A DNA stretch of 64,000 nucleotides from Octopus bimaculoides (taxonomy: Eukaryota), in the NCBI RefSeq assembly GCF_001194135.2, contig NC_068998.1:54184313-54248312 (forward strand), read 5' to 3'. The notes under the pieces were generated by a model. The model was not told the DNA's origin and made no database searches. It saw only the letters and a list, made by a program, of their open reading frames with translations. The translations under genes and the position numbers were made by a program. The stretch's first letter is position 1, and each line of letters opens with the position of its first letter. Shown here piece after piece: positions 13,268 through 24,200 of this stretch.

Positions 13268-15260
13268 TCAAAGAGATCGGAGCGAATTGACGAACCTGCA
13301 AATCGAAATTAAATCCAGACAAAGACATTAAAGTGAAGANNNNNNNNNNNNNNNNNNNNNNNNNNNNNNNNNNNNNNNNNNNNNNNNNNNNNNNNNNNNN
13401 NNNNNNNNNNNNNNNNNNNNNNNNNNNNNNNNNNNNNNNNNNNNNNNNNNNNNNNNNNNNNNNNNNNNNNNNNNNNNNNNNNNNNNNNNNNNNNNNNNNN
13501 NNNNNNNNNNNNNNNNNNNNNNNNNNNNNNNNNNNNNNNNNNNNNNNNNNNNNNNNNNNNNNNNNNNNNNNNNNNNNNNNNNNNNNNNNNNNNNNNNNNN
13601 NNNNNNNNNNNNNNNNNNNNNNNNNNNNNNNNNNNNNNNNNNNNNNNNNNNAATTAATTAAAAGAAAAAGAAGTTAATTACCACTTACCTGGTTTCATCA
13701 TCGTTTGGGTTGATGGACAGAGTTTTTGCTTTTCTTCCATTTTTAACATATTTTCGATTCACGGTCGAGAAATGTCCCTAAAGAAAGAAACTGTCGTAAA
13801 GTCATTCCAACAGTAACTGTCCCATTTTTTCCCGGGTACAGGAATAAATTATTTATTATACCCTTTGTGGGTTTCTTATTTTGTTTTTAATATGATAGAG
13901 CAGTGCTGCTATTTCTGGCAGGTCGAGCATCCTTCCATTCGTTTGCTGCGACCATCTGTTGCAAAAATTGAAAAAGCGGAGCACAAGGAGATCTTTTCCC
14001 TGGTCTCATTCTGCTTTCTTCAATCAAAAACGTTCTTCTTTCCGTTCTAATCTCCTGAAATGATCCTTCTATAATTACTTCATTCAAAATTCCGATTTAG
14101 TTTTTCACGCATCCACTTATAAGTATTTTAAGTGTTTGATTAAATAGTTTGTAATAACATTTTCTGAAAGAAGCGGCAGACTCTTTCTCTCGAAATATCG
14201 ATAACCTGAACAGAAGGGCAACAGCTGATCAATGGGTGTCTTAATGTGTTCTTTTCTTAGGATGTGGTCATTATTTCCTTGAAATATCTTAATGGAAAAA
14301 ATCGTCCATGTTGGTCACCAACGCAAGCAATGGCGACGACGTCAAATTGTTGTTTCTCTCTTAATCATTTCATTAAATTTTTACATCAGTAATTTCGAGA
14401 TGAACAATGAGTGTCCGGGAAAAAGTCACAGACAAAAAAAAAAAAACGTCTCCATTTAACCAAAAAGTTTAATTCCGTCATTTATTGCCAATCCATGGCA
14501 AGTCCAGATGAACAGGGCATCTTCCATTGTATCGAGGCGCATAGTAGACGAATATTTCAGACGAAACTCCTTGTGCTTCTCTCGTCAAGCAACACGCAAA
14601 ATTATGAAGATGTTCTTAAGGTTAGATTTCACCCAACACATTTGCAGAGGCTTAAAAACAGGAAATTTAAAAAAGATTTTCGAGGCACCCATCGCTTCTC
14701 CATCTGCCAAATGTTTTGAAATGAGCGAGACGGGGAAAGAAATGGGAAAAACTCGACAAAATCGGATAAATTCTAATTTCGGTGGATCCGCTTTTCCGAA
14801 TCCTGTTCATTGTATGAATTGGCGATAGGTGAGGTTAAAATGTAAGAGATACCTTTTGATTTTGTGGCTCAAGTTCGAAGTGAAGAGGGAAGTTGTGTGG
14901 TCAGGTTGGTCTCAGGTTCGTATGGTCGTCGTTTTGATCCTAGACCCAGTTCTGTGTTGTCCGTCCGTAGACAAAATATTTCATTTGACGTGGTTCCATT
15001 CACCTCAATAAATTTTCTGATAATAAATCTTTAAAATTCTGACAATATATTTTCTGGTTCCGTGTGCTATTCCACAAATTATTACACTCAAATCTTGCGA
15101 ATGCAAAACGTCGCCCCTCATGAAGTGAGCATGGCATCAAATTGATTGAATCACTGAAGTAGCAGACGACAATTATTCTATGGCTATTTACTGGGGGCTC
15201 ATGGGTACTTTCAAATCCCGCTGATGTCAAGTTTATTTTTTTTTTAATACACCCTGGAAT
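13268..15260 (-). pseudogene. Unidentified spliced gene relic, possibly the gene of a decayed DNA transposon
   Basis: Phase-compatible exon chain 13862-14054 (RLERKEERF*LKKAE*DQGKDLLVLRFFNFCNRW...NPQR), 13689-13777 (GHFSTVNRKYVKNGRKAKTLSINPNDDET; donor CAG|GTAAGT) and 13268-13295 (RFVNSLRSL*), immediately followed by AATAAA. Further disrupted protein-like frames lie at ~14470-14640 and 15004-15254. Confidence 0.5.
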
Positions 15261-17145
15261 CGACAAAGCAAAACATCAGTCTGTAGTGATAAATTAAAGG
15301 AATTATCAGAGCATCGGACAAAATGCTTTTCGGTATTTATTCCGGCAATTTATCTTCAGAGTTCGAATGCCGCCCTATTAAGCCCTGCCATTTTTTTTTT
15401 TCTGGGTGTTGATAAATCATAAAACCAGTCCAGGGACGACGAATTGGTGGAATTGTCCGAACATTAAACAAAAACTGTTTCAGTATTTGTTCCGCTTCTT
15501 TGGATTCTGAATGCAAACTTATTAGATCTAGCAGACAGGCCAATGTCATTGGACTGCGGCCATGCTGGTGCATCACCTCGTAGTGTTTAGTTGAATAAAT
15601 TGACCCAAGTATNNNNNNNNNNNNNNNNNNNNNNNNNNNNNNNNNNNNNNNNNNNNNNNNNNNNNNNNNNNNNNNNNNNNNNNNNNNNNNNNNNNNNNNN
15701 NNNNNNNNNNNNNNNNNNNNNNNNNNNNNNNNNNNNNNNNNNNNNNNNNNNNNNNNNNNNNNNNNNNNNNNNNNNNNNNNNNNNNNNNNNNNNNNNNNNN
15801 NNNNNNNNNNNNNNNNNNNNNNNNNNNNNNNNNNNNNNNNNNNNNNNNNNNNNNNNNNNNNNNNNNNNNNNNNNNNNNNNNNNNNNNNNNNNNNNNNNNN
15901 NNNNNNNNNNNNNNNNNNNNNNNNNNNNNNNNNNNNNNNNNNNNNNNNNNNNNNGGGGGGAGTTAAAATTTTTTTGTTTTTTTTTAGCATATTGATAATC
16001 TCCATCTTAAACGTAGGAATCCAAAAAAAACATTTTCAATAAAATGCATTTTTCAAGGAGAGGTGCGAAACTGCATTAGCCCGTTACAGGGACATAAACA
16101 AATGAATACCAGTTGTCAAGCAGTGGTAGGGGACACATAATTACGACGGGCTTCCTCAGTTTTCATCTACCAAATCCGCTCAAAGGACATTGATCGATCC
16201 ATTGATCGGTCCAATGGCGTCGAACTTAAAACCATATGGCTGAAAAAGTGAGCTTCTTAACTCAACAGCCAGCAACTTTAATTTGGAATGAAGAACAGTT
16301 GGTGAACTTCAGAATCTCTTAATTTCATTTCCACTTCCATGTCCACCACATATTTTACTAATTACGTTAATTACCTAATCAGCACTCATCACTTCTTTTT
16401 TAAACTGGAAGCTCCAGTAATTTTATTTTTGACTTAATTTTATGATAATTTATTGAGCATATTTCCTCCTTGAAGAATTCAATTATTAAAATTTCAGTCT
16501 CTTCTTCAATCGATTTCCTAACGAAAGATATTTATAAGATTCCTTTTATATTCTGCTGTGGTGGACGAGAATGATTTTGCACAAGAATCAGTGTTTGTGT
16601 TGTTGTTGTTGTAACAACTGTGCAATTACTGTGGATGATGCCAGGTAACCATAGGTAGTGAACATGCTTTTCTTGACATACTACTAAAGATATACCCAAT
16701 ACACAAGTTTAAACTTTAATTTTAACTTATAAATACAGTAATGCCTCGCCATATTGCAGTTCACCTATCACGTTTTATTATTTAAGTTTACGTCGATTCT
16801 TCCTTGGTGTTGTTTTGCATTTATAATAGAACAAATATATACAAATTATAAAAATAATTTTCAAAAATATACAGTTCAGTACTGTTTCTACTTTGCAGAT
16901 TTTCACCTATCGTGGTGGGGTTTTGGAACTTACCACTCGCGATAGTCGAGGGATTACTGTATGTGTGTGTGTATATATATCTATACACACACACACACAC
17001 ACACACATGTATAAACTCATTATTTTAAAGCAAGTTTAATAAATATTTACTGATATGAGGGACAATACTGGAAGTAGAGTCAAATTTATTCTTTTCTATT
17101 CTAGGCACAAGGCCTGAATTTTCTAAAAGTGTTGATTTAGACCTC

Positions 17146-17199
17146 TTCACCTGATGAGTTACTGAATAAGTCAAGCTAACAAATAAGCTGTCAGGTGAA
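17146..17199 (+). ncRNA. Degenerate hammerhead-like relic
   Basis: TTCACCT...AGGTGAA is a perfect 7-bp closing stem around GATGA, GTTA...TAAC, AAATA-AGCT-GTC. It needs a 2-nt deletion and 3 substitutions relative to the minimal consensus. Confidence 0.35.
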
Positions 17200-17759
17200 A
17201 AAAAAAGTCCCAATCAACACCAATAAAATACACACATCTTTGTAAATAAATAAATAGGACAAAGAGTACTCAATACATATAATAGAGTATATTTATTTGT
17301 TCAGACCACATTAACCAATATAAACATATTTTTCTTCATTTTATAATTTTATATTTTTAAGATGTTTGGTCGCAGTTTGTGGAAGATTTAGTTGCAATTT
17401 CTTACAGGCTGAACAACCTTGTAGTGGCTTCCTCATTGAAGTATTCACTGTAGCCACAGAAATGGTTTGAAAACAATTTGGAATTTTAGCATCATGACTG
17501 TTGTTCATATAACCATGAAGTTAACAAGACGAAGGTTAAAAGAAGCTTTGTAGGCTGGAGGTGAGAGAGAGTGGGGAGGAATGCAAGCAAGAAATAAATA
17601 AGCAGAATTGGGTAACAAAGAGCATTTAAAAGCAACGGAATTACTTAAACAGAAACCAAGGACATTTCATGTTTATATTCAAGGGTGAAATGGAATCACA
17701 GAAATATTATCATCACTGTGAACTTTTGTAAACCTACATTACACAACCCTGGATTGTCA

Positions 17760-17911
17760 TACATACACACACACTCTCTCTCTCTCCACATACTATATAT
17801 ATATACATATTATCTATCTATATATATATACATATATATATATACATATATATATATATACACACATATATACATATTATCTATCTATATATATATACAT
17901 ACATATACTGC

Positions 17912-17949
<38 letters not shown>

Positions 17950-17971
17950 GGACATTTATTACACACACACA

Positions 17972-18007
<36 letters not shown>

Positions 18008-18022
18008 TATGCACACACTTAT
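17760..18022. repeat. Compound (CA/CT/TA)n microsatellite 3' of ACTR10
   Basis: Direct reading. Confidence 0.95.
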
Positions 18023-18430
18023 GTAAAAGCACACCTTTGTAAATGTACAAAGAGGATAAAGATTATCCGTTCCATGTAGCCGTAGGATTTGTTTGTTCTA
18101 CAGTTAAACGATTGATGTTTACCAAGACAATAATCCCTTCAAAATAATTATAAGCAGGAGGACCCAGTCCCACCTACCAACCCAGGAAGCATTCACAGAA
18201 CAAACAAAAAAATAAAGTTGGGCCTTTATAGTAATAACATAAGACCAAATGTTGCCAGTAGAAATAAACTGCCAAACATTTCATCCTTTTTTATGTTTAA
18301 AGGGTTTTGTTGTTGTTGTTCCCCATGCTGTTATGAGTTGTTGTTGCTAATGAAAGCATTTCATTGTTCTATATTGACATTATGACAGAAAGACAACAGC
18401 CAAAAAGGAGTCTAGACTCTGTTGGAAGAG

Positions 18431-19518
18431 TTACTCGGTTTTCTCCAGAAGCTTACACCAGTCTGGTAAAGTATTGGTTTCCATAAAGCTTTCACGAGAT
18501 ACAGAACGGCCAGGTAAGGTAATCATGGCACCAGCAATTGCTCCTAGAACATAAAATATGTTAAGATTATAATATACACCAGATAAATGAGAAATAAACA
18601 GAAATTTCAAACACAAACGTTGAAGGTCTTTTTTTCTTTTATAACAGGTCTTAAAAAAAAAAAAAAAAACTCTTTTATTTGTTCCAGAGTTTGGTCTGCT
18701 TCTCGCTGAGGCACCAAATTCAAGGTATTTTGAGCCAATCACATCAACCAGACCATTTTGTCAGTCATTTGAATGGTCTGCATTTATCAAGTGATTAAGT
18801 CCATCCACGATTAAATGAACATAAATACACAAAGGGCTTCATGCAATTTCTTATTTCTTTACTGCCCACAAGGGGCTATACACAGAGTGGACAAACAAGG
18901 ACAGACAAACGGGTTAAGTCGATTATGTCGACCCCAGTGCGTAACTGGTACTTATTTAATTGACCCCGAAAGGATGAAAAGCAAAGTCGACCTCAGCGGA
19001 ATTTGAACTCAGAACGTAGCAGCGGGCGAAATGCTTAGTAGTACTTCCATGGAAGACATATATCATACAGCCATAAAACAATAGATCTCACAACAAAGAG
19101 ACTTCTAATAATTTACAGAATATAAGAAGAGGATATAAGCAAAGATAGGATTAGGGTTAGGGTTAGGGTTAGGGTTAGGGTTAGGGTACGTACCTCCCAG
19201 CCAAGCAGTATAGTTTTCAATGCAAGGCGGCTGGTGGAACTTAAAAGCTTGAATTTTTAGCTTCTCAGAGTATCTTGGTTTGCTTAATTGGTCATAAAGT
19301 TCTTTCTGGAGTCGACTATAAAACCCAGGCAACTGACAAGTTCCGCCTGTGATGATAAGGTTTTCAGCTAATTCACGACGCGTATCAATTGGACACTACA
19401 AAATTAGAATTTTAAACCATTCGTGAAATATAAATTCAAAACATACTTTAGAAATCAAAATTAAATCTATCAACCAATATTAAAATGTATCAACCAGTAT
19501 TAAAAAATACACGTTGGA

Positions 19519-19549
<31 letters not shown>

Positions 19550-21176
19550 ATAAAGTGGACAAAAATAGATTTCTCTGCTGTGTAGTAAGAAGTTTGCTTC
19601 CAAACCATATGGTTCTGGGTTCAGTTCCACTGCAAAGCCTCTTGCAAGTGGATTTGGTAGATGGAAACAGAAAGAAGCTCATTGTGTGTGCATAGCTGAT
19701 GGAAGCTGATCTCTTACCTTAATTAAAGAATCCAAGATCATAGTTGATAGTGACATCTCCTCATTATCCTGCTCAAACAAAATTTCACAAGCCTCCTCTC
19801 TGAAAAGAAAAGGTCAAAGACAGGAATGGGACATGTGACAAAATCTTGAATAGAACCCAGCAAAAAAATAAAACTTTATTATAATACAGAAGAATTAGCA
19901 CATAGATTAGGGTCTACCATGAGCCCCTAGGACTCAAAAGGCTACAGCTTAACTCAATTTCCAGAGTGTCTAAGTGATTGAGATTACAACATTCCATCAC
20001 AGCTACTGCTGGATAGCATTTACAGCTGAGTGAACTGGAACAATGGGAAATGGAGAATTTTTACTCAAGGCCACTCTGAAAAAAATCAGTGCATAGTTCT
20101 GATTTTATGAGCATCAAGTTGATGAGTTAAATATTTCACTCCGAAAGAGATACCATTTTATAGCAGACAAGGCTGACTGGTCCCATGCCAGCGGCACGTA
20201 AAAAGCACCATTCAAGCGTGGTTGATGCCAGTACCGACTGACTGGCCCTCATGCTGGTGGCACATAAAAAGCACCCACTACACTCTTGGAGTGGTTGGCA
20301 TTAGGAAGGACATCCACTGCAGAAACCTTGCCAGATCAGATTCGAGCCTGGTGCAGCCTTCCGGCTTGCCAGCCCTCAGTCAAACCGTCCAACCCATGCC
20401 AGCATGGAAAGCGGACGTTAAACGATGATGATGACGAGGCATGGTTGCATGGTTAATAAGTTCACTTCCCAACCACATGGCTCCGAGTTCAGTCCCATTA
20501 CATGGCATCTTGGGTGTGAGTGGTTTCCATTGTCGTCCTGAGTGATGACCTAAGCCTTCTGGACAAAAACAGATAGGACATCATGTGTGTGTGTGTGTGT
20601 GTGTGTGCGTGTGTGTGTGAATGTTTGAGTTTCATCTTGACATCACATGATCGTTATAAAGGAGTGTCACTCTCACACAAGCAGTGTCCTTTGTTTCCAA
20701 TCTTCTGTAAAGACACATTTCTATTAATGTTCAGTTGTCATTATTCAGTGAAGTTATAAGGTTTCACTGAAAAACTTACCTCACTCTTCCGCTGATACGT
20801 AGGAAACTGTCTCCATTGAATGGATATTCCACATCAGGTGGTGAAGGCGGCAACTGGAAAAGAAAAATATGTCGTGATGATAAAAAAGAGAGTTTAACAA
20901 ATAAATGATAGAACAAAATAGCTTATGAGCACAGGTGAGGCCAGGTGCTTGAGAAGTTTGCTTTCAAGCCACATAGTCCCAATTTCAGTGTCTCACTCGT
21001 GGCATCTTGGGCAAGTGTCTGCTACTTTGGACCCCAACCAAAAGTAGTTTGCTGCGTGTATGTTTGTGTGTGCGTGTTTTGGGTGAACAAAATCTGTGCA
21101 TCACAAAGAAAAATGGCTGGAGATATTTAATTCGGTGTTCTGAGTTGCGTCCCTTCAGATATAAAACTTGGCTTTC

Positions 21177-21211
<35 letters not shown>

Positions 21212-24200
21212 NNNNNNNNNNNNNNNNNNNNNNNNNNNNNNNNNNNNNNNNNNNNNNNNNNNNNNNNNNNNNNNNNNNNNNNNNNNNNNNNNNNNNNNNN
21301 NNNNNNNNNNNNNNNNNNNNNNNNNNNNNNNNNNNNNNNNNNNNNNNNNNNNNNNNNNNNNNNNNNNNNNNNNNNNNNNNNNNNNNNNNNNNNNNNNNNN
21401 NNNNNNNNNNNNNNNNNNNNNNNNNNNNNNNNNNNNNNNNNNNNNNNNNNNNNNNNNNNNNNNNNNNNNNNNNNNNNNNNNNNNNNNNNNNNNNNNNNNN
21501 NNNNNNNNNNNNNNNNNNNNNNNNNNNNNNNNNNNNNNNNNNNNNNNNNNNNNNNNNNNNNNNNNNNNNNNNNNNNNNNNNNNNNNNNNNNNNNNNNNNN
21601 NNNNNNNNNNNNNNNNNNNNNNNNNNNNNNNNNNNNNNNNNNNNNNNNNNNNNNNNNNNNNNNNNNNNNNNNNNNNNNNGGGGTGTGTGTGCATGCATTT
21701 TAACTTGTAGGAAGATTTACGAAGAATAAAATAAAAACCTTGCTTGAATCTTCTTTCCCACAGTAGACTGCTAATATTTGCTTTGCTCGGTTAATATTTG
21801 TAACAAAACAGCAACGAACTGTAAAAAGAAAAACAAAAAGACAACAAAATAGAGGAAATAAAATAAAACTATAATAAACAAAAAAAAAACCATATTCGAT
21901 GTGAATGGAAAAGATTATTTCTTTTGAATAATCCTTAAGGTATGATTATTAACATTTATAAAATGGGTGAGATGATACAGGCCAACTCCGGATGTTAAGA
22001 AGATTGAAATGCCACGAAGCATTGCCAGCTAGCTGAATTGCTAACAATTCTGCCAACCAATCTTTCATCTTTTTATTTGTCTCAGTCACTGGGCTGTGGC
22101 CATGCTGGAGCACTGCTCCAGAGGATTTACTCAAACAAATCAACCCCAGTACTCATTTTTCATCTTTTAAAATCTGGTACTCATTCTATAACTCTCTTTT
22201 GCCAAACAGGAACAAAAACAAACCAACACTAGTAGTCAAACAGCAGTGATAGTGGAACACACACACACATAAATATGATGGGCTTCTACACAATTTCCAT
22301 CTACTAAATTCACTCACACAGCATTCCAAGGATTCAAAGAATATATTTATATTCATTAACCCTTTTGCAACCCACATGAGACTTCTCTTCCAAATATGAT
22401 TCCAGCAAAATTTCTTGTTAATTTATGATCAAACACCATTTTAATCAAGTTACTTTACTGAGTTCTTCGTTACAAAAAATAAGGTAACAAAAGGGTAAAA
22501 TATGAAAGCAAAACTTTAAAAAAAATGTAAATTACCTTTAATATCTTCCAAAACCTCTTCTGTGAGGTCATCTAGAACAGTGAAGAAACAGAAACCATTA
22601 TGTGAATGAAGAGAAGGACATGCATATCATCATCATCATTTAACATATCTGCTTTCCATGCTGGCATGGGTTGGACGGTTTGACTGGGGTCTGGGAAGGT
22701 TTCTACAGCTGAATGCCCTTCCTAATGCCGTGCTTTTTATGTATCAACAGCACAGGAGCCAGTCAGGTGGCAATGGCATCGGCCACAACTACAATTTCCA
22801 TTTTGATTTCAATCTTGATTTGATTTTGATTTTATTTGACTCAATAGGTCTTCTCAAGCGCAGCGTATTGCCCAATGATTCAAGGGTACTTTTAAATGGG
22901 CTGGTTATGCTACATTGATATAGTCTATGGCTGTGATCTCACTTTACTTGCCAGGAGAGACATTAAATATCTGTGTCAGTACTTATCTTGTTTCTTTTTT
23001 TTCTTGTTTCAGTTATTGAAGTGGAATCATTCTGGGGCACCACCTTAAAAGGCTTTAGTCAAACAGATCAAACCTCATCACCACCAGCATTTATTTTTTA
23101 AGTCTAACACTTATTTTATCTGTTTTTATATATTTTGCTGAACTGCCAAGTTATGACCCCCCCACCCCCGATAGGATGGTGAGGCCATATCAGGGTTGCC
23201 TATTTACAGTTGAGTGAACTGGGGCAATGCAAGAAAAGAAGTGCTTTGCTCAAGGCCATAAAATGCCACTCAGTCTGGGAATTGAACTCATGATTGCTAG
23301 ATCATGAGAGCAAAACCCTGGCCACAATAATGGAGCTGATAGTGTTTCATGGAGAGAGCAAACTTACCCACTGGTGGCCTCTTAACAGCAGCAGCTTTAT
23401 CATCTCCAGCTTCGTTATTAGAATTTTCCAAAAGGACCCTCAAATTTCTGAAATACATCCATGGTGAATGGCATTTAAAAACAGACCAAAACAGAATAAA
23501 TTGTTTCAATATAAACAACAACAACAGAAGGATACAGATTTGTATGGGCGACATACATCAATTGAATTAACCCCAGCAGATAACTGATATGTTTTCTTTA
23601 CTAACCCAGGATGTAGAGGAATGGAACTAAATACTATTTAGTTTAATATTTAATAGTTCAAATCACACTGAAAGAAAAGTGAATTTTTTATTGTCTGCAG
23701 GGTCAATGAAAGAAGTGTTAAAGAAATATTTTTAGGATTGATCTATAATTTAAATAATTTCCTTCCAAGCTCTACAAGCTTTTACCAAAATTCCAATAAC
23801 AAGTATAGCTCTTCCTTTTAAGCTCTGTAACAACATTTACCAATATTCCAAAAAGAAGAACTTACTGATGAATAGCTTTACCAGCCAATGGTAATATTTG
23901 AAGTCCCTTCAAAACTGGTGTCCATTCATAGATCTGAATCAGTTGTTAAGGATTGTTTGTACCTGAAAAGTATTTCTCTCTGAAAATTTGAAGAAAAACA
24001 AGAAAACACAAAAAAAAAAGGTGAGGAAGAATTAAACACCACCCCATCCACATCACATACCTCCTCTCATTTTTGTAAGCAGATGTTCCTGATAAACCTT
24101 GCCCCAACATGGAATTCTATCGTTTTCTTTTCAATTCTATGTCACATGGAAATCAATGACAAGGAAGAACAGCAAGATTTTCAGGAATGCAACACTTTTG

